DNA of 63,636 nucleotides, filler included, from Candidatus Tectimicrobiota bacterium (GTDB lineage: Bacteria > JACPSX01): assembly GCA_016193065.1 (NCBI GenBank). It is 6 parts of 6 records of this genome, joined end to end, with 100 filler letters (N's around TTAATTAATTAA, not from the genome) between each part and the next. Parts side by side here need not be neighbours in the genome. Positions count along the whole stretch, not along the records: positions 1 to 18,980 come from JACPSX010000038.1; positions 19,081 to 39,691 come from JACPSX010000039.1; 4 more parts are not named here. One strand, given 5' to 3'. This document shows positions 18,319-27,699 of the stretch, in pieces. A program made the translations under genes and the position numbers. A model generated the notes under the pieces. It worked only from the letters and a program-made list of their open reading frames with translations. It had not been told where the DNA came from and made no database searches. The stretch's first letter is position 1. The number at the start of each line of letters is the position of its first letter.

Positions 18319-18396
18319 GTCATCCCGGCGAAGGCCGGGATCCAGTGTCTTCAACGATTCTCAAAATAGCTGGACCTCGGTTTCCACCGGGGTGAC
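18319..18396. repeat. REP-like inverted pair GTCATCCCGGCGAAGGCCGGGATCCAG
   Basis: Palindrome followed by an imperfect reverse copy CTGGACCTCGG...CCGGGGTGAC. Confidence 0.75.
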
Positions 18397-18457
18397 GACT
18401 TCTGACCAGACGATGAAAGATGCGACGCATTTGCGTCACATCTTACGACGGAACAGT

Positions 18458-18980
18458 CTAAGCGGAACCCGTTTCCGGCTGCTCCCTTTCCTTCGCCTTG
18501 CGCTTGACCAGCTTTTTCACCCTCGTGCCCAGGAACGGCCAGAAGAAGATGATCGCCGCCGCGATGACCAGCGGCAGGGCTATCGGTGGTTGCAGGAAGA
18601 TCAGCAGCGATCCCCCGGACATGATCAGGCTCTGGCGCATCGCCGATTCCGCCATGTCTCCCAGAACCAGGGCAAGCAGCATGGGAGCCATGTTGTAGTC
18701 CAGCTTCTTGAAGGCCCACCCGATGACACCGAAGATCATCATGTACCAGATGTCGATCATCCGGTTGTTCACGGCGTAGGCCCCGATGGCGCAGATGAAG
18801 ATGAGCAGCGGCATCAGAATTGGGAAGGGTGTGCGGAGCACGGCCGCGAAGAGCGGCGCGAACGCCAGAACCACGAAGAGCCCCAAGAAGCTGGCGATCC
18901 AGGTGCTCCCGATGAGACCCCACACGAAGTCGGGATTGTCCTTGAAGAGCATGGGACCCGGCGTGAGTCCCCAGATCATG
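18458..18980 (-). CDS. Tripartite tricarboxylate transporter permease TctA family, 5' cut by contig end
   Basis: 'WGLTPGPMLF...VWGLIGS...APMLLALVLGDMAE..MRQSL'. Confidence 0.88.
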
Positions 18981-19080
18981 NNNNNNNNNNNNNNNNNNNN
19001 NNNNNNNNNNNNNNNNNNNNNNNNTTAATTAATTAANNNNNNNNNNNNNNNNNNNNNNNNNNNNNNNNNNNNNNNNNNNN
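18981..19080. other. Artificial contig linker (also at 39692-39791, 44131-44230, 52803-52902, 58889-58988)
   Basis: Identical N44-TTAATTAATTAA-N44 six-frame-stop spacer; genes are cut at its edges. Confidence 0.97.
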
Positions 19081-19081
19081 C

Positions 19082-19246
19082 GGCGACAAGGCCCTCTTCA
19101 ACCTAGCCCTGGTTTATGAAAAAACAGGCAAAAAGCAGGAAGCCATTCGAGCCTGGAAAAACTACCTGACCCTGGTCCTGGAAGGAGAAAACGCTCAGAT
19201 GGCCAAAGAGCACATCGCGGTATTGGAAAGGGAGAAAGCCCCCTGA
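19082..19246 (+). CDS. TPR protein C-terminal fragment (not in the ORF track)
   Basis: GDKALFNLALVYEKTGKKQEAIRAWKNYL...AKEHI, TPR consensus. Confidence 0.8.
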   Translation, partial: GDKALFNLALVYEKTGKKQEAIRAWKNYLTLVLEGENAQMAKEHIAVLEREKAP

Positions 19247-19412
19247 GCATTGAGGGGACAAAGGCCCTGCCTCTCCACCTCCGGGTGGCCCCACCGGACC
19301 CGCCTTGGGACCCGATCGGAGAGGCCCGGGATTCTCGCCTCCAGGGCAAGATAGAGGGGGCAGTTCTCAGAGTCGAGGCAAGGGGAAATAATCACTCTCG
19401 CTGGTCTTCAGC

Positions 19413-19796
19413 TCACAGGTCATCGTCGAAATCGCTCGAATCTTCTTCCCGAGAGTGTCCAGAGAGGCCTTCTTCGCCGCCGTGAGACTCTCCTTCCATC
19501 ATCTCGTCCACCATGGCATCAAAATCTTCGCCGCCTTCCTCTCCCAGGGCACTCCCCATCTTTCTGGCCCAGCGGGCCAGATCCCGGGGATTCTCGGGGT
19601 CCCCGATCTTCGTCGGGTCCGCCAACTCCTCCATAATCGCCTCTTCGGAACGGACCCGGGCGATCCGGGAGATGAGTTTTCTGTAGTTCGTCCCTCCACA
19701 CCTCGGGCAAGAAGCGGCGACTTCATGGGCCGATACACCGACCAGGAGGGAAAACTTCCTGCGGCAATCGTGACAGAGGTACTCAAAGATGGGCAT
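19413..19796 (-). CDS. FmdB family zinc-ribbon protein
   Basis: MPIFEYLCHDC...CPRCG. Confidence 0.88.
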   Translation of the reverse strand: MPIFEYLCHDCRRKFSLLVGVSAHEVAASCPRCGGTNYRKLISRIARVRSEEAIMEELADPTKIGDPENPRDLARWARKMGSALGEEGGEDFDAMVDEMMEGESHGGEEGLSGHSREEDSSDFDDDL

Positions 19797-19813
19797 GCGG
19801 TTTCATTCCCCTG

Positions 19814-20983
19814 CTAAACAACAAGCCCGGGAGCGCCGGGGCCTGATTTAATAGACGACAGTTGATAGAACTCGGCGATCTTTTCCACGATATAACTCTG
19901 TGCTTCGGCGCTCAACTCCGGATAGATGGGCAAGGCCAGCGTCTCCCGGGCGGCCCGGGCCGCCTCCGGGCAATCCTCCTCCCGGTACCCCAAGTTACTG
20001 AAACAGGGCTGAGCATGCAAGGGCACAGGGTAGTAGATCATCGTGTCGACTCCCGAATCTTTCAGGAACCGCTGCAGCTCATCCCGGCGCGGCATTCGGA
20101 CAACGTACTGATGGAAGGTGTGGTCCCGCTTCGTCTTGGTGGTGGGAATGCGGATCGTCCCGAGCATACCGCGGCGGCGAATCTCCTGCTCATAAATCCT
20201 CGACTTTTCCACACGCCCGGCAATCCACCGGAGAACATGAGGGAGTTTCACCCGCAAGACGGCCGCCTGCAAAGCATCAAGGCGGAAGTTTCCCCCGATC
20301 AGGGAGTGGTAGTATTTCGGTTTGGAGCCGTGGGTGCGTAGAATTTCCACTCTTTCAGCCAGCGTCCGATCATTGGTCACCACCATGCCCCCATCCCCGA
20401 ACCCTCCCAGGGTCTTGCTGGGAAAGAACGAGAAGCACCCCAGGTCCCCCATGGTCCCGGCTCTCCGGGTTGAGCCAGCCAGGTTGTACTGGGCTCCAAT
20501 GGCCTGAGCCGCATCCTCCACCACCCAGAGCTTGTGCCGATGGGCCAGCTCCAGGACGGCATCCATGTCAGCACACTGGCCAAAGAGATGTACGGGGATA
20601 ATCCCGCGGGTCCGGGGGCCGATCCAGGACTCGACCTTGCGCACGTCTAGATTGAGAGTGTCGGGCTCCACGTCCACGAAAACGGGTCTTGCCCCGAGCC
20701 GGCTGATTACTCCCGCCGTGGCAAAGAAGCTGTAGCTCGTCGTGATCACCTCGTCTCCAGGGCCGACTCCCAGGGCCATCAGGGAGACCAGTAAGGCGTC
20801 GGTTCCGGAGGACACTCCCACCGCATGCTTCGCCTCGCAAAATGCCGCGACTTCTTTCTCGAGAGCCTCCACCGGTTTCCCCAGGATGAACTGCTGGCTA
20901 TCGCACAAACCGTCCATGGCAGCCCGCACTTCCTCCCGAATCGCGGCATACTGGCCCTGCAAATCGAGAAAGGGTATCTTCAC
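19814..20983 (-). CDS. DegT/DnrJ/EryC1/StrS aminotransferase (WbpE/WlbC-like)
   Basis: IPFLDL, SSGTDAL, EDAAQA, SFFPSK; GTG start overlaps the upstream stop. Confidence 0.92.
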   Translation of the reverse strand: MKIPFLDLQGQYAAIREEVRAAMDGLCDSQQFILGKPVEALEKEVAAFCEAKHAVGVSSGTDALLVSLMALGVGPGDEVITTSYSFFATAGVISRLGARPVFVDVEPDTLNLDVRKVESWIGPRTRGIIPVHLFGQCADMDAVLELAHRHKLWVVEDAAQAIGAQYNLAGSTRRAGTMGDLGCFSFFPSKTLGGFGDGGMVVTNDRTLAERVEILRTHGSKPKYYHSLIGGNFRLDALQAAVLRVKLPHVLRWIAGRVEKSRIYEQEIRRRGMLGTIRIPTTKTKRDHTFHQYVVRMPRRDELQRFLKDSGVDTMIYYPVPLHAQPCFSNLGYREEDCPEAARAARETLALPIYPELSAEAQSYIVEKIAEFYQLSSIKSGPGAPGLVV

Positions 20984-22680
20984 TTTTTTACCCTTGCTGA
21001 CGGGATGGGCTCCACCTTCTCTCCCTTCATCCGGTAGCGCTCGCCGCAAGCGGAGCAGGAGAGTACGGTGCCGGCGGGCGAAGGTTTCTTGGTCTTTCCC
21101 TTGGCCCTGGGCTCCGAGTTCCCGGCCATCTTGACCCCGCACTGGCACATCCACCCCTGGATTCTACCCGGATTCCCCAGCACCAGGGCGTAATCGGGCA
21201 CATCCTTAGTCACCACGGCCCCGGCACCGATGAAGGCGGACTTCCCCACCGTATGCCCGCACACGATCGTCGCATTGGCGCCAATCGTGGCGCCCCGGCG
21301 CACCAGGGTTTTCCGGTACTCGTCCTTCCGCGAGACGTGGCTGCGCGGGTTGATCACATTGGTAAACACCATGGAAGGCCCGCAAAAGACGTCATCCTCC
21401 AGGGTCACTTCTTCGAAAACCGACACATCGTTCTGGATTTTGACGTTGTTGCCAACCACCACGTTCTTACCGATGAAAACGTTCTGTCCGATGGAGCAAT
21501 TGCGTCCGATCTTTGCTCCACTCATGACATGAGAGAAATGCCAGATGCGCGTCCCTTCTCCGATCTCGCAGGGCTCGTCGATGACCGCTGTGGGGTGAGC
21601 AAAATAGGGTTGCTCGGGGGCTTTCTCCAGCGCAACGATCTGGTTCTTCCCCTCCAGAGAAGATTGGGCCGCAGCCAGAACTTCCAAAACCTGCAGGCCG
21701 CTTTCTCCGTCGGTGAGAGGGCGACTCCGAGTCTCTACACAGCCCAGAAAATGCTCGCATTCGGCCCGCAGGGGCTCGGCTTCTTCGACAGGGACAATCT
21801 GAGCATCCTCCCGGCGGGGCACCGGGATCCGATCCACCCACTCGATCTTGTGGTTAAAAAGGAGGAGTTTCTCTCTGGGGGCCACGTCGTCGAAGACGGC
21901 CATCTGGCGGTCCCCGACGAGGACCAGCTTTTGCTCCTTGTAGGGGTGAAGCCAGCTTACGAAGATGTGAGCCCGCACTCCGCTCTTGAAGCTCATGGTA
22001 GTGACGGTCACGTCGGCAATGTCCCGATGCAGGTAGTTGCCCCCGTTGGCAGACACCGCCACCGGAACCTCTCCCAGCAGGTACAGGATGACGGCAATGT
22101 CGTGAGGGGCAAAGCTCCACAGGATGTTTTCCTCGTTTCGGAAGCGTCCCAGGTTGAGCCGGTTGGAGTAGACGTACTGGATCTTCCCCAGATCCCCCCG
22201 GGACACCATTTCCTTGAGCTTGAGGACCGCTGGGTGGTACCGCAAGACATGCCCCACCATGAGGATCAGACCCTTTTCTTTGGCCAGGTCGACGAGCGCT
22301 CTCCCTTCCGCCACCTTGAGGGAGAGGGGCTTCTCGACAAAGACGTCCTTGCCGGCGACCAGGGCCTGGCGGGCCATCTCGTAGTGCTGCTCGGCCCGAG
22401 TAGCGATGGCAACGGCCGGAATTGCGGGGTCAGCCAGAATTTCCTGGTAACCGGCCACCAGCCGCACTCCGGGTGCCACATTCTCGAAGGATTTCAGCCG
22501 TTGCGGGTCGCTCTCGCAGACCGCACTGAGCTTCCCCAGGGCGGCAAAGTTCCGAACCAAGTTTTTTCCCCAGTACCCGGCTCCTACGACTGCCACACCC
22601 ATACACTCTGCTCCCCAGCGCTCAACAACCAGCTTCGGTCTTCCATCTGACACCGAATTGCCCGAAGCCTGCATCTTCAT
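20980..22680 (-). CDS. Gfo/Idh/MocA oxidoreductase fused to a hexapeptide N-acetyltransferase (WbpB/WlbA + WbpD/WlbB-like)
   Basis: GAGYWG and EKP motifs; C-terminal left-handed beta-helix 'IWHFSHV...[14 protein letters not shown]'. Start uncertain. Confidence 0.9.
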   Translation of the reverse strand: MKMQASGNSVSDGRPKLVVERWGAECMGVAVVGAGYWGKNLVRNFAALGKLSAVCESDPQRLKSFENVAPGVRLVAGYQEILADPAIPAVAIATRAEQHYEMARQALVAGKDVFVEKPLSLKVAEGRALVDLAKEKGLILMVGHVLRYHPAVLKLKEMVSRGDLGKIQYVYSNRLNLGRFRNEENILWSFAPHDIAVILYLLGEVPVAVSANGGNYLHRDIADVTVTTMSFKSGVRAHIFVSWLHPYKEQKLVLVGDRQMAVFDDVAPREKLLLFNHKIEWVDRIPVPRREDAQIVPVEEAEPLRAECEHFLGCVETRSRPLTDGESGLQVLEVLAAAQSSLEGKNQIVALEKAPEQPYFAHPTAVIDEPCEIGEGTRIWHFSHVMSGAKIGRNCSIGQNVFIGKNVVVGNNVKIQNDVSVFEEVTLEDDVFCGPSMVFTNVINPRSHVSRKDEYRKTLVRRGATIGANATIVCGHTVGKSAFIGAGAVVTKDVPDYALVLGNPGRIQGWMCQCGVKMAGNSEPRAKGKTKKPSPAGTVLSCSACGERYRMKGEKVEPIPSARVKK

Positions 22681-22807
22681 GGGTCCCCCGCCTCCCGCCA
22701 TCGGGGCTGCTGCCAATTATCGGCAAAATGACGCAGGAATCAAGACGCTTATCAGGCGCGAATCGAGAAACTTCGGAGCCAGTCATCGTTCTCCCAGACA
22801 AGATATT

Positions 22808-23878
22808 TCATCCCGGCCGAACGGGTTTTGGTTTGGTGTCCGCCGGAACCGCTCTCAGCGTCCTCCACTTCTGCTCCCAGGTCCAGGCGCTCGCAATGAT
22901 GGTCTCCAAATCCGGGATGGCCGGCTCCCACCCCAGGACCCGGCGGGCCTTGGTGCTATCGCTAATGAGAACCGGGGGATCTCCCGGGCGGCGCCCCGCG
23001 CTGGCCAGCCGAATTTTTTCCCCTCGGACCCTCTCGGCCACCTGAATGACTTGACGGACCGAAAAGCCGTTGCCGTTTCCCAGGTTAAACACGCCACTTT
23101 CCCCGCCCTTCTCCAGATAATCCAGGGCCAGCATGTGCGCCGCTGCCACGTCGCTCACGTGAACGTAGTCCCGAATGCAGGTCCCATCCGCAGTGGGGTA
23201 ATCGCTGCCAAAGACTCTCAGAGCCTCACCCTCCCGCATTCCGGCCCGCAAGGCCAGCGGAATCAGGTGAGTCTCCGGATCATGGAGTTCGCCTGTTTCT
23301 CCTTCCGGGTCAGCTCCGGAAGCATTGAAGTAACGAAGACAGACGGCGCGAAATCCGTAGGCCCGGCAGTAATCCTCCAGAATCTCCTCCACCATCTGCT
23401 TGCTTTTGCCGTACGGAGACAGGGGGTTTTTGGGGTGATCTTCTTTGAGAGGGAGGGAGAGAGGAGTCCCGTAGACTGCGCAGCTGGAAGAAAAGATGAA
23501 AAGCTTCACCCCGGAGGCTCTCATGGCTTCCAGGAGCACCAGGGACTTGCCCACATTGTTCAGGTAGTAACGCCCCGGATCCCCCATGGATTCCCCCACA
23601 TAGGCGTGGGCGGCAAAATGCATGACAGCAGAGATCGGGTAGCGGGCAAACAGAGTTTTCACCCGCAGATCGTCTCCCACATCCCCCTTCTCAAAAGTCC
23701 CCCAACGAGCCAGTTCCACATGCCCCGTACTCAGGTTATCCAGGATGATCGGGTGAAACCCTGCCCTGGCGAGGGCCTTAGCCGCATGGGAACCCACATA
23801 TCCGGATCCTCCCGTAACCAGGATGAAGCGATCCTTTCGGGCAGAAGGGGCAGGGACATCTCTCCTTGCCCCTCTCAT
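22808..23878 (-). CDS. galE: UDP-glucose 4-epimerase
   Basis: TGGSGYVGSH, YGKSK, LRYFNA, DGTCIRDYVHV. Confidence 0.92.
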   Translation of the reverse strand: MRGARRDVPAPSARKDRFILVTGGSGYVGSHAAKALARAGFHPIILDNLSTGHVELARWGTFEKGDVGDDLRVKTLFARYPISAVMHFAAHAYVGESMGDPGRYYLNNVGKSLVLLEAMRASGVKLFIFSSSCAVYGTPLSLPLKEDHPKNPLSPYGKSKQMVEEILEDYCRAYGFRAVCLRYFNASGADPEGETGELHDPETHLIPLALRAGMREGEALRVFGSDYPTADGTCIRDYVHVSDVAAAHMLALDYLEKGGESGVFNLGNGNGFSVRQVIQVAERVRGEKIRLASAGRRPGDPPVLISDSTKARRVLGWEPAIPDLETIIASAWTWEQKWRTLRAVPADTKPKPVRPG

Positions 23879-24038
23879 CCGTCTCCTCCTCACTTTGCCC
23901 GTTCTCCCAGTAGGTTCCATTAAGCCTCCTCCCCTCAGCGGAGGATCTTTTTCATTTCCGGCAATGCAGGCCCAAGTCAATCCAATAGAGGAGCAACCCC
24001 ACCGGGCTCCTCTACCCTTCTCGACTGTGGTAAGCGCG

Positions 24039-24653
24039 TCACTCTTTTAAGCCTGCCAGATGGAAAGTCTGATTCAAGGTGATCAGGGAGGTCTGGCCGT
24101 TGGCAAACTCGATAATGTTGAGAGCCGCCTCGTCTTGACGGATGATTCGGTAGAGATTCAAGTCCATCTGCAGAAGCCTGCACAGGGTCACCCGGTTGAC
24201 CAGATTGTGGCTGACCACAACCACGCTCCCTTGCGGATGTTTCCCCACGATTTCCTCTATGGACCTCCAGGCCCGCTCCTGTAAAGACGCCAGGGATTCT
24301 CCGTCCGGGATCAGCACGCCGGCCGGAGCCTTCTTCCATTGCTCGATAAATGCCGGGTGGCGAGTGACAATTTCCTGATAAGTGAGCCCCTCCAGACGAC
24401 CCTGATCCAGTTCCATGAGTCCGGGGCGTGTCTGCACGGGGATTCCGCGGGACGCCGCAATGCCTTCGGCCATGTAGAGGGCTCGACCCAGAGGAGAGGA
24501 ATAGACGGCTTCGAGCGGCTCACCTTGCAGATGAAGCGCCACCCGCTGGCTTTGCTCTTCTCCGACCTTGGTCAGCTCCACGTCCGTGACGCCCTGCACG
24601 CGGCCTTCCCGGTTCCATCGCGTCTGGCCATGACGCAATAAAATTAAACGCAT
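24039..24653 (-). CDS. Histidine phosphatase family (CobC/PspA-like)
   Basis: LLRHGQT motif and second His in VVVSH. Confidence 0.9.
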   Translation of the reverse strand: MRLILLRHGQTRWNREGRVQGVTDVELTKVGEEQSQRVALHLQGEPLEAVYSSPLGRALYMAEGIAASRGIPVQTRPGLMELDQGRLEGLTYQEIVTRHPAFIEQWKKAPAGVLIPDGESLASLQERAWRSIEEIVGKHPQGSVVVVSHNLVNRVTLCRLLQMDLNLYRIIRQDEAALNIIEFANGQTSLITLNQTFHLAGLKE

Positions 24654-24810
24654 CGGCCCTCCTCCGATTCATTGCGGACGATTATACCCAAGAGTCACGT
24701 AGCGGCGCAACGCTCTTCGCTACCCACAGTTCTTGTCCGCGGAAGCGTGAGGGAGTACGAGAGTCTCATGCAAGGGGCAGTCCCCACAGGTGATTCAAGC
24801 ATCTGCAAGC

Positions 24811-24959
24811 GGAGACCGGGGTGCCCCTTGGGGCTCCAGTAAACTTTTGCGCGGGAGGGCGATTAGGGTCTCTTGCTTTTCGCATGCGAGAAGATTCAAG
24901 TCTTCCACGAGCGACGCCTGCAAAACTTTAAGTCGCCCTGCGGGGCACACCCGGTCTCC
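24811..24959 (-). ncRNA. Unassigned structured motif, copy A
   Basis: Long hairpin with conserved internal loops shared with 25010-25125 and 27192-27311. Confidence 0.55.
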
Positions 24960-25009
24960 CGGTCCATCTCCCCTTGCCACAATCAACCGATCAACCGCCA
25001 CCCTCCTTC

Positions 25010-25125
25010 TCCGAGGGGGCCGCCCCCGTAGGCGATCTAAGGGGTTGCGAGGAAGAGGACCCTCGATTCCGCCAACACAACTCGCGTCGTAAGCCCTTCG
25101 TGAGCCAAGGGGGCACCCCCTCGGA
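25010..25125 (+). ncRNA. Unassigned structured motif, copy C
   Basis: GCCCCC-GTA-GGC-GATCT-AAGGG-G-TTGCG...CGTAA-G-CCCTT-CGTGA-GCC-AA-GGGGGC. Confidence 0.55.
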
Positions 25126-25146
25126 ACTTGTCCTTGGGCCGATACC

Positions 25147-25908
25147 TCACGCGAAGCGGGGCAAATCAAAGAACGGCCGCAAGGAGATGGCCCTTCCCAT
25201 GCGGGTTTGAATGTAGCGCTCCAGGACCTCAAGGCAACTCTGCACGGCGGCAGACGGCCCGGGCAACCCCACAGGCGATCCTGGTTCCGCCCGCAGACCG
25301 CAACGCAGGGCGGCCAGCACTGGGGGAGAGATTTCCAACCGATCCGGTGCCAGGGGTGCGCATCCTGAACAGAGGATCCCCCCCAGCAACGGGCTAAAGG
25401 AGGGGGCATCCCCCGGAAGAGTCTTACTGCAATGCACACACTGCCCGAGCTGGGGTTCGTAACCGGTGAGGGCCAGCAGGTTGAGCACAAAGGGCACCAG
25501 CAGAGCGATTCCGTCAACCTCCCCTTCCAGAGCCCGCAGACTGCGTGCCAGCAGCCCATACAGGAGGGGTGTGGCTTCCCCTTCCCGGGTGAAGCGATCC
25601 ATAAGCTCAGACATTTTCAAGGCCGGGCCGAGCCGAGAGAGGTCCTCTCGCAGCGCCTGGAAGGAATGAATGAGATCGACGTGGTTTACCCGAGCCAGGG
25701 TCTTCCCCTCTCTAAGGAAGTACACCAGATCCACCTCCGAGAGAGGTTCCAGACGGCCCGCAAACGGGCTTGCTAATTTGCGGGCCCGGCGGGATACACC
25801 GCTCACCTTCCCGTAACGGGCACTCAAAAAGACCGTGATCCGGTCTGTCTCCCCCAGGTTGTAGTTGCGCAGGACAATAGCCGAGGTGCGATGCAGGGAC
25901 AAGCCCAC
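25147..25908 (-). CDS. recO: DNA repair protein RecO
   Basis: 'AIVLR..NLGETDRI.VFLS..YGKV', Zn motifs CVHC and CSGC. Confidence 0.93.
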   Translation of the reverse strand: MGLSLHRTSAIVLRNYNLGETDRITVFLSARYGKVSGVSRRARKLASPFAGRLEPLSEVDLVYFLREGKTLARVNHVDLIHSFQALREDLSRLGPALKMSELMDRFTREGEATPLLYGLLARSLRALEGEVDGIALLVPFVLNLLALTGYEPQLGQCVHCSKTLPGDAPSFSPLLGGILCSGCAPLAPDRLEISPPVLAALRCGLRAEPGSPVGLPGPSAAVQSCLEVLERYIQTRMGRAISLRPFFDLPRFA

Positions 25909-25982
25909 CCCCGAACAAAAAAACTCTTGCCCGCCTCCGGGTCAAGAGCTTCTATACCATCTTGCCAGTGGGCACCCGGGCC

Positions 25983-26090
25983 CTGGTGCCGTTCCAACTA
26001 TTTTGGGCTACGTTCCCATCTCCTCCAATCCATACCTCTTCTGCCACGTACATCGCTCAAATTGGGCGCAGCAAGTTGGAACGGTACTAG
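25983..26090. mobile_element. ~108-bp MITE (GTGCCGTTCCAACT...AGTTGGAACGGTAC), copy 1
   Basis: TIRs with CTGG/CTAG borders; homologous to 35413-35519. Confidence 0.8.
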
Positions 26091-27079
26091 CGGTTATCTT
26101 TTAAGGACCACCCCCCCCTCTGCCTCGCCTTGCGCTCCGCCTCTCGAGCCTTTTCTTCATCGTAATCTCGGGGAATGATGAGCGTCTGTCCCGGGCGCAG
26201 CAGATCAGGATCTTTCAGAGCATTTTCATTGGCTGTAAAAATCAAAGGCCACAGCCAGGGGTTGTTATACACCTCGGGCCTGGCAGCAATATTCCAGAGA
26301 CTGTCTCCAGGTTTGACCGTGTAAGTTTGCGGAGGAGGCGCCGCGGGTTCCTTCTCTACGGGCTTCGCTTGAGGCGCCGACGCCTGAACTTCTTCCGCAA
26401 CGGGACCCGCTTCAGGAGCGGGGGCCGGCACTTCCTTCTTGGCTTCCTCCGCTAACTTACGCTGCCTCTCTCTTTCCTGCAGGACAGCCTGAACCCTGGA
26501 AAGAGCCCCCTCGACTTGTCCGAGAGACTGGCGCACTCGGGAAACTTCGATGAGAGAACTTTGCGCATCTCCTCGGTCGTTTGCATTTTGAGCCCTGACC
26601 AGCGCCGACTGCGCTTCTGCCACCAAGCCTGTGGCGATCCTCAAATCTTCCTCCAGCGCACCCTGGTCGCGCCAGGTGGCCACAGCCTGGCGCGCGCGCT
26701 CCATCTGCTGTCGAACTTCCGCAATCGCCCGGGTTGCCGTCTCCTTCGCTCGAGCCTTAATCACCAGCGTTTCCGCTTCAGCCGCTTCCGCATTTTCCCG
26801 CGCCTCGTTGGCCAAAGCCCTACCCATTTCCTGGTGCCCATCCGTCAACTCTCGCTCCGATTGGCGGATTGCCTCCTGAGCACGCCGGTAACGGTCCGGG
26901 GAATAAACTTCCGCTCCTATACTGCGGGCCGCTTCCAGAGCCGCTTTGGCATCGATCAGTTCTTGCTGAGTATCCAGGGTGACACACCCGGCCAGCCAAA
27001 GCATCATTCCGGTGATCAAAACCCGCCCCGGTAACCCCGGCACTCGGATCTCCTCCGTCCCCCCCATCCTGGATTCCAC
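26087..27079 (-). CDS. Lipoprotein with DUF4398-like coiled region and C-terminal LysM domain
   Basis: LAGC lipobox; 'YTVKPGDSLWNIA...WPLIF.AN...PDLLRPGQTL.IP'. Confidence 0.85.
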   Translation of the reverse strand: MESRMGGTEEIRVPGLPGRVLITGMMLWLAGCVTLDTQQELIDAKAALEAARSIGAEVYSPDRYRRAQEAIRQSERELTDGHQEMGRALANEARENAEAAEAETLVIKARAKETATRAIAEVRQQMERARQAVATWRDQGALEEDLRIATGLVAEAQSALVRAQNANDRGDAQSSLIEVSRVRQSLGQVEGALSRVQAVLQERERQRKLAEEAKKEVPAPAPEAGPVAEEVQASAPQAKPVEKEPAAPPPQTYTVKPGDSLWNIAARPEVYNNPWLWPLIFTANENALKDPDLLRPGQTLIIPRDYDEEKAREAERKARQRGGWSLKDNR

Positions 27080-27103
27080 AAAAAAGTCCGCAAAGTTTTA
27101 AAA

Positions 27104-27132
27104 ACACTAGCATTCGCCCAATGGCCTGTCAA
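27104..27132 (-). promoter_or_regulatory. Putative sigma70 promoter of the LysM gene
   Basis: TTGACA-17 bp-TAGTGT with TGn extension. Confidence 0.65.
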
Positions 27133-27191
27133 GGACAAACTAGGACTTGCCCACCCCCAGTTTGCCTGCGAAGAATTGTTGCCTCCATCAG

Positions 27192-27311
27192 CTCCTCGGG
27201 GGAGCCCCCTTGGGCTCCCGAACGGCTTGCGGCGAGAATCTTCCCGGCTAAGTCGCGAGGAATCGAGCGCAACCCGTTATATCGCCTGCGGGGGCTACCC
27301 CCTCGGAGGAG
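27192..27311 (-). ncRNA. Unassigned structured motif, copy B
   Basis: GCCCCC-GCA-GGC-GATAT-AACGG-G-TTGCG...CGCAA-G-CCGTT-CGGGA-GCC-CAA-GGGGGC. Confidence 0.55.
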
Positions 27312-27699
27312 AGAGCACCGAGGGGACTGTGCTTCCTGCCCTGAGCGCAACTGCCGGGAGCAGCGCAACACCCGCAAAGCGGGTACCCGCACCGGGAGCG
27401 GCCAGGGATGGGAAACCGCGAAGCCAACACGCGCTTCCAGATAGCTGAAAACTTATCGTGGCGGTAGCGGAGGGATCCCACCCTGGGCGCCCCGTAAGGG
27501 TCCGCTGCGGGAGGCGTGGAGCGAAGGGCAGAAGACAGTCCCTTTGCTATGGATTCGCAAAAACTGGGTGTGGGCACCCCCGAGGGGCTGGGATGACGGT
27601 AGTACATTCAGCGAATCTCAGTGGACGACCCGCCCGCGAGAAAATGAGAAAGCAACACAGGCGGTAGCTCACCAGGCAAACAGAGGCTGGGAGAATTGA

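Noticed and set aside
18981-19080. Repeated TTAATTAATTAA palindrome inside N runs (five copies)
   Set aside because: Artificial contig linker with stops in all frames; not biological.
19266-19330. Branched GC-rich hairpin between convergent genes
   Set aside because: Single copy with no recognisable motif; most simply a terminator or stability structure.
24770-24977. 6S RNA
   Set aside because: Length and rod shape fit, but I see no 6S central-bubble motifs, and the core recurs three times in shorter form.
27330-27690. RNase P, tmRNA, SRP or tRNA-Sec in the aspS-LysM gap
   Set aside because: No GAGGAAAGTCC, tRNA-like ends, SRP GNRA-GGAAGCAG helix or TTCAAA anticodon loop.
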